Shown: positions 1-8,449 of the stretch, piece by piece
How the letters are laid out: each line of letters starts with the position of its first letter
Position numbering within the stretch: the stretch's first letter is position 1
Assembly: GCA_044229975.1 (NCBI GenBank)
Contig: JBGARZ010000011.1
Coordinates: 256,001-320,000, forward strand
From: Polyangiales bacterium
GTDB taxonomy: Bacteria > Myxococcota_A > Polyangia > Polyangiales > Ga0077539
DNA: 64,000 bases
Direction: 5' to 3'
Made by a program: the position numbers and the translations under genes
The notes under the pieces: model-generated
The model's input: only the letters and a program-made list of their open reading frames with translations
Database searches by the model: none
What the model was told of the DNA's origin: nothing

Positions 1-98
1 CTTCGTCCCGTCGGGCGACGGCGGGTCGATGAAGGTGGGCGGGTACGAGGAGTTCCACGACGGCGAGCCCACCTTGCGACGGAGATCGTCCCATCAGC

Positions 99-707
99 TC
101 ATCGCCACCCCTCGTCCAGCGCCTCGTGGTCGTCCCACAGCACCGCCTCGTCGTGAACCTTCACCACCGTCACGTCACGGTGCCCGGCGAGCGCCCGGCC
201 GAGGTCGTCCATCCAGGCGCGGTGCCGCGCTCCGGTCTCGTCGAAGGACCCACGATCGCGCCGCGTGAAGAACCGCTCGACGGCCCCGCCATCCGCCTCG
301 CGCCGCACGCGGCGGGAGAGCCGGGCCCCGTGCCGATGGACCACCGCGCGCACGTCGTCGCCCGGCGCGTCGAACCAACCGCGCGGTCCGCGCAGCAACG
401 CGTGCGACTCGCGGTAGAGGGCGCGCGAGTCGGCGCGCGACGGGCTCTCCACCTTCACGCGCAGGACGCGCACACCGTGCTCGGCAGCGAGCGCAACGAC
501 TCGCGCGCGGAGCTCGGCGAGCTGGTGCTCGTCGTGGTCGACGGCGAAGGTCACCATCGATTGGAGGAGCGATGAGCGCGCGTCGCCGGTGGGGAGTTCG
601 ATGGTGACGATCCTCGCCCGGAGCGCGTCGCGGAAGCGCTCGGTGGCGGCGGCGTCGTCGCGCTGGTCGATGGTCGCGTGCACCTCCAGCGGACGTCGGT
701 GGGCCAT
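99..707 (-). CDS. Hypothetical protein, 202 aa
   Basis: Protein-like ORF with GC-biased codons; no tyrosine recombinase motifs. Confidence 0.7.
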   Translation of the reverse strand: MAHRRPLEVHATIDQRDDAAATERFRDALRARIVTIELPTGDARSSLLQSMVTFAVDHDEHQLAELRARVVALAAEHGVRVLRVKVESPSRADSRALYRESHALLRGPRGWFDAPGDDVRAVVHRHGARLSRRVRREADGGAVERFFTRRDRGSFDETGARHRAWMDDLGRALAGHRDVTVVKVHDEAVLWDDHEALDEGWR

Positions 708-907
708 GCCGATCGCAGGCTCGCGCGGGGCGCAGCAGCGGTCAAACGGGCGGAGGGGGCACCCGGGGGGCGGTGCCGCGGGCGCTCGGCGGCTTGAGCA
801 GGTGCGTGTGGGCGGGGCAGCGCGGGGCAGGACGGGGACGGGGCGCGGTGGAGTGGAGGAGTGGAGAGGAAAGGAGAGTAGGAGAGGCTGGCGAAGAGCG
901 CCGAAAT

Positions 908-1033
908 GGGGTTATGGAATTGGGCAGCGAGCGGGCGAACAACGCGAACGGGGATATGGAACTGGGCAGCAAGCGGGCGAGCAGCGCCAGGGCGGGATTC
1001 GGTAATGGGGCGCGGGTGAATGAGATGTTGGGC
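908..1033 (+). mobile_element. Putative integron attI site
   Basis: Core GTTGGGC at 1027-1033, complementary to the GCCCAAC of attC1 and not part of an attC hairpin. Preceded by two 42-bp imperfect direct repeats (908-949, 950-991), each containing YTGGGCAGC. Confidence 0.55.
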
Positions 1034-1134
1034 AGCTTCGGCGAGCGGCAGACCACGAGCTGCCAAGGCCAACCGCGCGAAGACTTGCATGGCTTGTTTC
1101 GGCGGCAGACCGCCCCACCGATAAGCGTTAATCG

Positions 1135-1638
1135 ATGAGAGTCGTCAGTCCTCTAATCTTCAGTCTTTGGCAACGAAGCGTAGGTCTTGCGCTGTGGATA
1201 TTATTGCTTGGGCTCACGGTTGGGATCGGCGCATTGCTGAAATGTTTTATAGACATTAGCTGGCTGGAGCTTGCCATGACAGGTGTCGCAGGTGGGCTTG
1301 GCTCCCTCGGCTACGTAGCGTGGGCCGCGAGTAACGATTGGAATGGCCTCGTTTGGAAGCCACGAAGAGCATGGCAGGTGTCATTCGATGGACTCAGTCT
1401 GAGTGTCCAATCGAGCTACCTGAAGACAAATATTCCCCTGAGGTGCATCCACTCCGCATGTGTCGTCTCGGATGGATCGTGGGAGACTCTGAGGGGAATA
1501 GAAGATGTGTGCTTGGTCCTGAAAGTTAAGGGTTCCTTGCAAATTAGCATCCCTGGCTCTTCCGACGGTTTTGATGGAACGCGGAGCGCACTTGGGGCCT
1601 TGATCGATGTGAGTTTCAGGGAACTGGGAACAGATTGA
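1135..1638 (+). CDS. Cassette 1: membrane protein
   Basis: Two hydrophobic helices, AT-richer than host, ends 14 bp before attC1. Confidence 0.8.
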   Translation: MRVVSPLIFSLWQRSVGLALWILLLGLTVGIGALLKCFIDISWLELAMTGVAGGLGSLGYVAWAASNDWNGLVWKPRRAWQVSFDGLSLSVQSSYLKTNIPLRCIHSACVVSDGSWETLRGIEDVCLVLKVKGSLQISIPGSSDGFDGTRSALGALIDVSFRELGTD

Positions 1639-1652
1639 TGTGCAGTGGTGCA

Positions 1653-1743
1653 GCCCAACAAGCCGATGGTGCCGACCGCCCCCGTTTCACCCGCCGCCAA
1701 CCCGTCGCGCCCGATGCGGCGGCACATCGGCCAGCCGTTGGGC
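1653..1743 (+). repeat. attC site 1 (91 bp)
   Basis: GCCCAAC-AAGCCGATGGTGCCGACCGC...GCGGCGGCACATCGGCCAGCC-GTTGGGC; R and L boxes pair with extrahelical bases. Confidence 0.92.
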
Positions 1744-1836
1744 GGCCTCCACGCGGCAGTGCGTGGGTCACGGGCAGCGAGCGACGGGGCACGAACGGCG
1801 GTAAAGAAGATCGACGAGACCTCGGAGTGAAGTCGC

Positions 1837-2145
1837 GTGCGACGTGAGAACGGATCCCTGCGATGGTTGCGGCATCTCCCCGCTCTAGCGCTTGCGTGCC
1901 TGGCCGTTGCGAGCGTTGTATTGCTTCAACTATGGCCGAACATCCCGCGAACGAGGGGACAATGGGTCTTGCTTTGCGTGCTCGGTCCTCCACTCTACGT
2001 CTTGGCGGAGGCTCTCGCGGAGAGAATTTTCTCGGGAAAGGGCGGCAAGATTTCGCCAGAGGGGTTCCCTCTCAATCCCATCGCCGCAAGTGTAGCGGCG
2101 GCTCTGGCGATTTTCGCGGGCATATCATGGCTACTCGCCCAGTAG
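1837..2145 (+). CDS. Cassette 2: small membrane protein
   Basis: About three hydrophobic segments; GGAG upstream of GTG; stop 4 bp before attC2. Confidence 0.75.
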   Translation: MRRENGSLRWLRHLPALALACLAVASVVLLQLWPNIPRTRGQWVLLCVLGPPLYVLAEALAERIFSGKGGKISPEGFPLNPIAASVAAALAIFAGISWLLAQ

Positions 2146-2149
2146 TAGC

Positions 2150-2240
2150 GCCCAACAAGCCAATGGTGCCGACCGCCTCTACTTCACCCGTCCCCACCCC
2201 GCCGTGCCCGCTGCGGCGGCACGTCGGCCAGCCGTTGGGC
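2150..2240 (+). repeat. attC site 2 (91 bp)
   Basis: GCCCAAC...GTTGGGC, same family as attC1. Confidence 0.92.
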
Positions 2241-2295
2241 AGACAGAGATGGCTCCGTGCCTACGCTCCGGACGCACCGCATCGAGGGGTAGAAG

Positions 2296-2724
2296 ATGAC
2301 TCTCGATGACCTCGCCCAAGACCTCCCCAACGGGTTCCATGATGCGGAGGTCTGCAAGCTCACGTTCGACATTGCCCACCGCGTGGCGACGATAGAACTG
2401 GACGTCTGGATTGGCAGTATGGAAGCGCCCCCGGAGTTTGGCCGAGAAACGTATCGTCCGGCGGAACTGAACCTCCACGGTGTCGCTTATCTGGTGATTG
2501 AGGCACCAGACCCGACCTATCGGTATGCGAAGACGGGGCCAGTCTGCGTAGACCTCTGCGAGCCCGCCGACTCGGGGCAACTGCCTCCGGCTCAAGCCGG
2601 TGAGTTCGCCGCGCGCTTCTTCGTGAGCGACTGGAACTCCTTCATCAGCGTTTCCGCGAGAGACGCCGCACTTCGTTGGACCGGTGAGCCCTACGAGGCG
2701 GGGTGGAGAGGAGTCGACGAGTGA
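2296..2724 (+). CDS. Cassette 3: hypothetical acidic protein
   Basis: ATG with GAGGGG RBS; lies between attC2 and attC3. Confidence 0.8.
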   Translation: MTLDDLAQDLPNGFHDAEVCKLTFDIAHRVATIELDVWIGSMEAPPEFGRETYRPAELNLHGVAYLVIEAPDPTYRYAKTGPVCVDLCEPADSGQLPPAQAGEFAARFFVSDWNSFISVSARDAALRWTGEPYEAGWRGVDE

Positions 2725-2729
2725 GTGCC

Positions 2730-2780
2730 ACCCAGCAAGCCATTGCTGATGACGGGCCGCTGAACGGCAGGCCGTTTGAC
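2730..2780 (+). repeat. attC site 3, short and degenerate (51 bp), different type
   Basis: ACCCAGC-AAGCCATTGCTG...CTGAACGGCAGGCC-GTTTGAC, between two cassette ORFs. Confidence 0.6.
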
Positions 2781-2784
2781 CGCG

Positions 2785-3132
2785 ATGCAACGTGACGAAA
2801 TGCTCGCCGATGTTCTCTCGGAGATCACCCAGCGCCTCGGCGGGTCGGTCACAGGTCGGATTCGCGCAGATGCGCTTGTCTTGGTCTGCGAAGCGAACGG
2901 CGCAACCATCAGTATCACTGTGGACGCTGCAAGTCGTCGCTCGTTCTGCGTCACCTATCCTGGCTTCCGTCCAGAGGCCGCGTCTTGGAAAGACCGACAA
3001 GAACTTGTCGCCCAGAATGTTCTGCTGCCCGGCGTGCTGTGGATCGTTCGCGCGGTCGAGAAGGATGGCGCTGTCCTGCCAGAGTTTCCCAGACCAGGCC
3101 TTTGCAAGTGTGCGAATCGGACGCCTTCGTAG
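2785..3132 (+). CDS. Cassette 4: hypothetical protein
   Basis: ATG 4 bp after the attC3 core site. Confidence 0.65.
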   Translation: MQRDEMLADVLSEITQRLGGSVTGRIRADALVLVCEANGATISITVDAASRRSFCVTYPGFRPEAASWKDRQELVAQNVLLPGVLWIVRAVEKDGAVLPEFPRPGLCKCANRTPS

Positions 3133-3269
3133 TAGTCACCCCGCGTATGGGTGGCTGAGGGATGCGACGTGACAACGGCTAGAATCACATGCGAGACGAG
3201 GAGTGCCGGCAAAGTCAGGCTTTCGGGTGAGCCCTCAGTGACCACACCCACTTCTTCGATGATGGGCGT

Positions 3270-3360
3270 GCCCAAACAGCCGATGCTGCCGACCGGCCAC
3301 GCCTCACCCGCTCGCAACCCGTCGCATCCGCTGCGGCGGCACATCGGCCAGTCGTTAGGC
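3270..3360 (+). repeat. attC site 4 (91 bp)
   Basis: GCCCAAACAGCCGATGCTGCCGACC...GGCGGCACATCGGCCAGTC-GTTAGGC. Confidence 0.9.
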
Positions 3361-3452
3361 GGCTTCAGCGAGACGATCAGGCAGCAGGAGTTGTGCGCGA
3401 ACGACGAAAGAGCGAGTAGCGGCCAAGCCACTACGTGATGAGAGACTGAAAG

Positions 3453-3824
3453 ATGACGGCGCGAGGCAGTGGACCACTGGCCATAGGATGTGCAGCCCTC
3501 GCGATGATCTCAGCGTGCGGCGCTGGCGACTCGTTCTTTATCCTTGAGGCGCGTGTGACCTCTTGCCGCTCCGGTGCTCCCGTAAACGGGGCGAGGGCGG
3601 TCCTGAGGTTGGACAGAGGTTATGGCGAACCCGATCTAGCCGTTCAGGTCGACGTGAACGGACGACTCCATATGGCGATCAACGAGCCAGCATCGGCATG
3701 GGCCACGCTTACGGTCGAAGCTTCCAACCACAAACGGTGGACACACCAGTTTCGAGGTCGACCTCGTCCTGGAGTTGCCATCTGCCTTGAACCTCAGGAC
3801 AATCGTCCTGCGAGTACACCTTGA
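3453..3824 (+). CDS. Cassette 5: putative lipoprotein with a carboxypeptidase-regulatory-like beta domain
   Basis: Signal peptide with lipobox ISAC; SGAPVNGARAVL segment. Confidence 0.7.
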   Translation: MTARGSGPLAIGCAALAMISACGAGDSFFILEARVTSCRSGAPVNGARAVLRLDRGYGEPDLAVQVDVNGRLHMAINEPASAWATLTVEASNHKRWTHQFRGRPRPGVAICLEPQDNRPASTP

Positions 3825-3870
3825 GTGAGCCGGGCGACTATCGCGTGCCGAATCAGATTCGCGGGACACG

Positions 3871-3961
3871 GCCCAACAAGCCGATGGTGCCGACCGCCCC
3901 CGCTTCACCCGCCGCCAACCCGTCGCGCCCGATGCGGCGGCGCAGCGGCCAGTCGTTGGGC
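3871..3961 (+). repeat. attC site 5 (91 bp)
   Basis: GCCCAAC...GTTGGGC, near-identical to attC1. Confidence 0.92.
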
Positions 3962-4029
3962 AGCCTCGGCGAGAGGCGTTTTGGCCGAGCGAACTCGCGA
4001 CCCCGCGTGAGGAGGAGTAGAACCAACCC

Positions 4030-4281
4030 ATGAACGACGTTGAACATGTCTTGGCTGCTGCGCTGCAACTGCCGGCCACCGAGCGCGCGGCGGTCGTCGC
4101 TGAATTACTCGACAGTCTCGACGATCTCGGGCCGGCCGACGAGGGGGTCGAACGGGCGTGGGCTGAGGAAGCCCAGAGACGGCTAGCGGAGGTGGACTCG
4201 GGGGCGGTGACGCCAATCCCGTGGGCCGAGGCCCGGCGCCGCATTCTCGCCGCGGCGAACGGTCGACGTGAAACCCCTTGA
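4030..4281 (+). CDS. Cassette 6: addiction-module antitoxin (TIGR02574-like)
   Basis: ALQLPATERAAVVAELLDSL...AWAEEAQRRLAEVDSGAVTPIPW; GAGGAG RBS. Confidence 0.88.
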   Translation: MNDVEHVLAAALQLPATERAAVVAELLDSLDDLGPADEGVERAWAEEAQRRLAEVDSGAVTPIPWAEARRRILAAANGRRETP

Positions 4282-4555
4282 GCTACACCCGCGCGCCCTC
4301 GTTGAAAGCGAGGACGCCGCGGCATGGTATGCGGAACGCGATCCGCGAGTGGCGGCGCGTTTTGTTGAAGAACTCGACGTGACTCTTGGGCTCATCGTCG
4401 AGGCGCCAAATCGCTGACCAATCTATCTCGATGTCCGCCGGGCTCTCCTCTCCAAGTTTCCGTATGCCGTTCTCTACCGTGATGAGCCGACACGCATCCT
4501 CGTGGTAGCCATTGCTCACGCCAAGCGACAACCGGGGTACTGGCAGGGTAGGTGA
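4268..4555 (+). pseudogene. Cassette 6: RelE/ParE-family toxin with an internal stop
   Basis: MKPLELHPRALVESEDAAAWY...APNR*PIYLDVRRALLSKFPYAVLY...VVAIAHAKRQPGYW; in-frame TGA at 4415-4417; overlaps the antitoxin. Confidence 0.85.
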
Positions 4556-4561
4556 CGGCGT

Positions 4562-4652
4562 GCCCAACAAGCCGATGGTGCCGACCGCCCCCACCTCACC
4601 CGCCGTCAACCCATCGCGCCCGCTGCGGCGGCCCATCGGCCAGTCGTTCGGC
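4562..4652 (+). repeat. attC site 6 (91 bp)
   Basis: GCCCAAC...GTTCGGC. Confidence 0.9.
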
Positions 4653-4725
4653 GGGGCGCGGGCGGCGTGCTAGGACGCACACCATGCTGCTGACCCCTCA
4701 CCTCTCAATCATGAGGAGACGTACA

Positions 4726-5259
4726 ATGCCAAATACAGGCGCAGACCTTTCTGCTGTAGAGGGGGTCGTATCCTCCAGGGTCCTCGACGCCATGCGCACC
4801 GCTTCGGACGAGTTGTCCCGCCTCGGCGTGCGGCATGCGCTAGTGGGCGGCCTCGCCGTTGGCGCGCATGGCTACCCGCGCGCCACGAAGGACGTCGACT
4901 TTCTCGTGGGTGATGAGGCCTTCGAGCATCACGGAGGTGGGATCGTCACGATGAAGCCAGGCATTCCGATCCAGATCAACGGGGTTTTGGTCGATCTGCT
5001 CTCGGCACAGCCAGATGAAGGTGCGCTTGGTGCTGTGCCTGTCGTCCGGAATGGCGTCGACGTCCCTATCGCACCAATCGAGGCGCTGGTTTATCTCAAG
5101 TTGAAGTCGCCGCGCCTCAAAGACGCCGCTGACATCATTGAGTTGCTCAAGGTCGGCATTGACCATACGCGTTGCCGCGCGTGGCTCACAACGAACGCGC
5201 CAATGCTGGTACCTCAGTTCGAAGAATTGATCGAGCGCGCCCAGCGAGAAAGCGAATAG
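4726..5259 (+). CDS. Cassette 7: nucleotidyltransferase-fold protein (DUF6036/AbiEii-like)
   Basis: LVGGLAVGAHGYPRATKDVDFLV and KLKSPRLKDAAD motifs; GAGGAG RBS. Confidence 0.85.
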   Translation: MPNTGADLSAVEGVVSSRVLDAMRTASDELSRLGVRHALVGGLAVGAHGYPRATKDVDFLVGDEAFEHHGGGIVTMKPGIPIQINGVLVDLLSAQPDEGALGAVPVVRNGVDVPIAPIEALVYLKLKSPRLKDAADIIELLKVGIDHTRCRAWLTTNAPMLVPQFEELIERAQRESE

Positions 5260-5342
5260 GCAATGGGGGACAACGGACACTCCGCGCGGGATCATGGGCA
5301 GGTCGCGACAAGCCAAGTTCATTGATAGTACACCGCATGGGA

Positions 5343-5430
5343 GCAGAACAAGCCGATGGTGCCGCCCGCTCCCACCACACCCGCCAACCCGCTTCACCCA
5401 ATGCGGCGGAACATCGGCCAGCCGTTGGAT
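5343..5430 (+). repeat. attC site 7 (88 bp)
   Basis: GCAGAAC-AAGCCGATGGTGCCG...CGGAACATCGGCCAGCC-GTTGGAT. Confidence 0.85.
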
Positions 5431-5461
5431 TGCCCCGGCGCATGCCCGGAGGACTGGTCTT

Positions 5462-5950
5462 GTGGCTCCTGAACACGCGGAGTTCATCGTCACGCCGCGG
5501 TCGTTCGACCGTTCAGGCCCCAACGCGGTCACCGGTCCGATCTGGCTCCGACGCAGCGCCCGCGACGGGGCGCATGCGGACTTCCCCTATACCGGCTGGA
5601 CGGACTTTCCAATCCGCATTCTCGCGGCTTGGTTGACTGGCCTGGCCGTCCTCGCGAGCGGTGAGGTCAGCGAGTCCATGTGCCACTTCGCGGATGGCCC
5701 GTTCATGCTCGCTGTGGCCGACGCGGGGAATACGCTGCTGCGCGTACGCTGCGTCGAACACCATGCCGACAGCGACCCGCTCGTGGTCGGTGACTTCTTT
5801 ACGCCCGCCAGAGTGCTTTACGGGAGCCTTCGTGCCGCGGCGGTGGCCGCGCTGGCTGAGTGCGACCGGCGTGGCTGGTCGAACGATGACGTTGACGAGC
5901 TCAGAGACGTGCTGGTCTCTTGTAACGATGCCCGCAGTCGAGTCCCGTAG
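5462..5950 (+). CDS. Cassette 8: hypothetical protein, own attC not found
   Basis: GTG start with GGAGG RBS just after attC7. Confidence 0.75.
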   Translation: MAPEHAEFIVTPRSFDRSGPNAVTGPIWLRRSARDGAHADFPYTGWTDFPIRILAAWLTGLAVLASGEVSESMCHFADGPFMLAVADAGNTLLRVRCVEHHADSDPLVVGDFFTPARVLYGSLRAAAVAALAECDRRGWSNDDVDELRDVLVSCNDARSRVP

Positions 5951-6113
5951 CCCTACGAGACCCGATGAGTTGTTCGGACGGGGACTGCGAGCCTGACCGT
6001 TGCGCACCGCGCCGACGCTGCGGTGGGGGCCCGGCAACCGCGGGCCGGACCGTCGCGCGCCCGATGTCCATCACCGATAGCCCGACTGGTGTTCTAGAAC
6101 ACCCGCGGCGACG

Positions 6114-6473
6114 TCAGGCCGGCGGATCAGCCTTCTTGCGCGGCCAGAAGACCATCGCGAGCACCGCGCCCCACACGACAAGCGCCGACCCGTACACGAT
6201 GCCGAAGCTCTTCGGGTAGACGTTGCCCCCGAGGTCGTGGCCGCCCGCGTCGACGCAGAACGCCTCGTCGGCCTCATGCGTACGGCCGCCCGAGTACGTC
6301 CGGTAGGAGTGGAAGCGCATATGATGGCTGCCCTCCGGGCACACCAGCGTCTTCGTAAACCCGATGCCGCCCGGCGCCACGTGCGTGACGCAGCTCGTGA
6401 ACATCGCTGGGATGATCAACAGCGCCACCAGTCCCGCCGCGATGAGGTTGCCCTTCGAGATCTGTATGCCCAC
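6114..6473 (-). CDS. Small membrane protein
   Basis: Two TM segments around a Cys-containing loop; start uncertain. Confidence 0.6.
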   Translation of the reverse strand: MGIQISKGNLIAAGLVALLIIPAMFTSCVTHVAPGGIGFTKTLVCPEGSHHMRFHSYRTYSGGRTHEADEAFCVDAGGHDLGGNVYPKSFGIVYGSALVVWGAVLAMVFWPRKKADPPA

Positions 6474-6676
6474 GGGGTCCCTTCGTATCACGAGGCCCCG
6501 CGAGTGGTCAGGGGTTCGATCGGCCCGTCGACCGTCGTCCACGTCGACGGCTGCGATGCACGCCATGCAGCCGCCCATGCCGTACCCGCCGAGCGATGAA
6601 CCGATGCCCGAGTGGAGGTTCTCCGACGGAGCAACCCGGTCGACGTATCCCCGCGATGACCGTATCTGTCTCCGCG

Positions 6677-6970
6677 ATGATCGTGATGGATCAACCCCGC
6701 GACTGGGGCGGCGCGTTCAACCGTCGGTGGGGGCCGTCCAACCACCTGCTGTCCGACCTCGTCGGCGAGGAGGGCTCGCGCGAGCTCGCGGCCTTCGTCG
6801 CGGCGATGGGCGTCTCGTGGGCGCCCGTCCAGCACCCCGGCACCTACCGCGAGCACCACGACCTCGCGGGCGAGTGGATCGACCGCGCCCGCTCCCTCGG
6901 CGCGACGACGCTCGACCGCGCGGCCTTCGTCGGCGTCCTGCGCCGCAAGCGCGAGGCGATGGGCGTGTAG
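6677..6970 (+). CDS. DUF4031-family protein
   Basis: HLLSD...ELAAFVAAMGV...EHHDL...ARSLGA pattern. Confidence 0.7.
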   Translation: MIVMDQPRDWGGAFNRRWGPSNHLLSDLVGEEGSRELAAFVAAMGVSWAPVQHPGTYREHHDLAGEWIDRARSLGATTLDRAAFVGVLRRKREAMGV

Positions 6971-7259
6971 CGCGACGGCGCGTCAGTCCGGCAGCGGCGC
7001 GGGCGTCTCCAGCGCGGGACGAGCCGCTTCGATCCAGTCGGGTTCGAGCCCCGGCGTCGGTCGACACCGGCGTGGTGCCAGCGTCGTCCGCCGCCGGGGA
7101 TGTCCTCGTTGCCGGAGCGTCGCCACCGCGAGGTAGCGGCCGTCGGGTGAGTACTCCAACGTCCGCGACTCCAGCTTCCACGCGCGGCGGGCGCGGGCGC
7201 GGCACGCGGCGCGGGCCTTGGCTGTCCCCCGTTCGGTGGCGCGCGGGTAGAGTCCGCGC

Positions 7260-8096
7260 ATGGCAACCACGAGAGAGATCACGACACAGACGCTGGCGCT
7301 GAACTCGGGCGCAGCGATTCCCACGGTCGGCCTCGGCGTCTGGCAGGCGGCCGCGGGCGAGAGCACACGCGAGGCGGTGCTGGCCGCGCTGCGCTTCGGC
7401 TATCGCCATATCGACACGGCGCGCATCTACAACAACGAGGCCGACGTCGGCGCCGCCATCGCCGAGAGCGGCATCCCCCGCGCCGAGATCTTCGTCACCA
7501 CGAAGCTCTGGAACGCCGACCACGGCTACGACAAGGCGCTGCGTGCGTTCGATGCCAGCGCCGCGCGCCTGAAGCTCGATTACGTCGACCTCTATCTCAT
7601 CCACTGGCCCGTGGCGGGCAAGCGCCTCGACTCGTGGCGCGCGCTGGAGACCCTGTTCGAAGCGAAGCGGGCGCGCTCCATCGGCGTGAGCAACTACCTG
7701 GTGCCGCACCTTGAAGAGCTGCTCGCGCACGCCAGGCACCCGCCCGCCGCCAACCAGATCGAGCTCTCGCCGTTCTTGCAGCGCCGCGAGACGCGGGCGC
7801 TGTGCGAGAAGAACAACATCGTGCTGGAGGCGTACAGCCCGCTCACGCGCGGTCAGCGGCTCGGCCACCCCGTGGTGACGGCCGTCGCCCGGGAGAGTGG
7901 CCGCTCGCCCGCCCAGGTGCTCTTGCGCTGGGGCGTGCAGCACGGCTTCGTGGTGCTGCCCAAGTCGGTGCACGCCGCGCGCATCGCCGAGAACGGAACG
8001 CTGTTCGACTTCGCCCTCGACCCGGCGCAGATGGCGCGGCTCGACGCGCTCGAAGAGAACCTCGCGACAGGATGGGACCCGGCCGATCAGGCGTGA
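7260..8096 (+). CDS. Aldo/keto reductase (2,5-DKG reductase type)
   Basis: GYRHIDTARIYNNE, FVTTKLW, DLYLIHWP, IGVSN, LPKS motifs. Confidence 0.95.
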   Translation: MATTREITTQTLALNSGAAIPTVGLGVWQAAAGESTREAVLAALRFGYRHIDTARIYNNEADVGAAIAESGIPRAEIFVTTKLWNADHGYDKALRAFDASAARLKLDYVDLYLIHWPVAGKRLDSWRALETLFEAKRARSIGVSNYLVPHLEELLAHARHPPAANQIELSPFLQRRETRALCEKNNIVLEAYSPLTRGQRLGHPVVTAVARESGRSPAQVLLRWGVQHGFVVLPKSVHAARIAENGTLFDFALDPAQMARLDALEENLATGWDPADQA

Positions 8097-8221
8097 GACG
8101 TCGCTGCGACGAGGGGTGACGGTCGCGATGGCGGCTCACCGTTCGCGAGCGGTGGCGAGGCGAAGGCCGTCCCGATGTCCAACACCTGACCAGACGCCCC
8201 TCATCATCTGAGGGATCCATG

Positions 8222-8272
8222 CCGCCACTCCGCAACGAATGACGAAATACGTCATCCTTTGCGGAGTGGCGG
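8222..8272 (+). repeat. Intergenic hairpin
   Basis: CCGCCACTCCGCAA / TTGCGGAGTGGCGG perfect 14-bp stem plus inner ATGACG/CGTCAT. Confidence 0.6.
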
Positions 8273-8449
8273 TGCCGAGGTTCGTCCGCGTCGCGTGTAG
8301 CGAATAACGCCATGATTTAAGACAAAACGCGCGTCTGTCGTGGGCTCCTGGCGGTCGAGGCATGTGGCGGCAGACAACACATCGAGCGGGCGGAGAAGCC
8401 AGCGGCAAATAAGTCCGTGGTACGCGCTTCGCTACCGCGGTCGGTCGGG

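Larger units (their letters stand above)
1027..5950 (+). mobile_element. Integron gene-cassette array without adjacent integrase (CALIN-like), 8 cassettes and 7 attC
   Basis: Co-oriented short ORFs, each followed by an imperfect palindrome bounded by RYYYAAC and GTTRRRY; GC visibly lower than the flanks. Confidence 0.92.

Noticed and set aside
99..1090. Integron integrase upstream of the array
   Set aside because: No RHRY tyrosine recombinase motifs in any listed frame
1635..4010. Recurrent short ORFs containing PNKPMVPTA
   Set aside because: They are translations of the attC repeat
4415..4417. TGA recoding (Trp or Sec) in the toxin
   Set aside because: TGA is used as a normal stop throughout the window; a point mutation is simpler
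1653..5430. CRISPR array
   Set aside because: Repeats are about 91 bp and separated by whole genes; no cas genes; the structure fits attC
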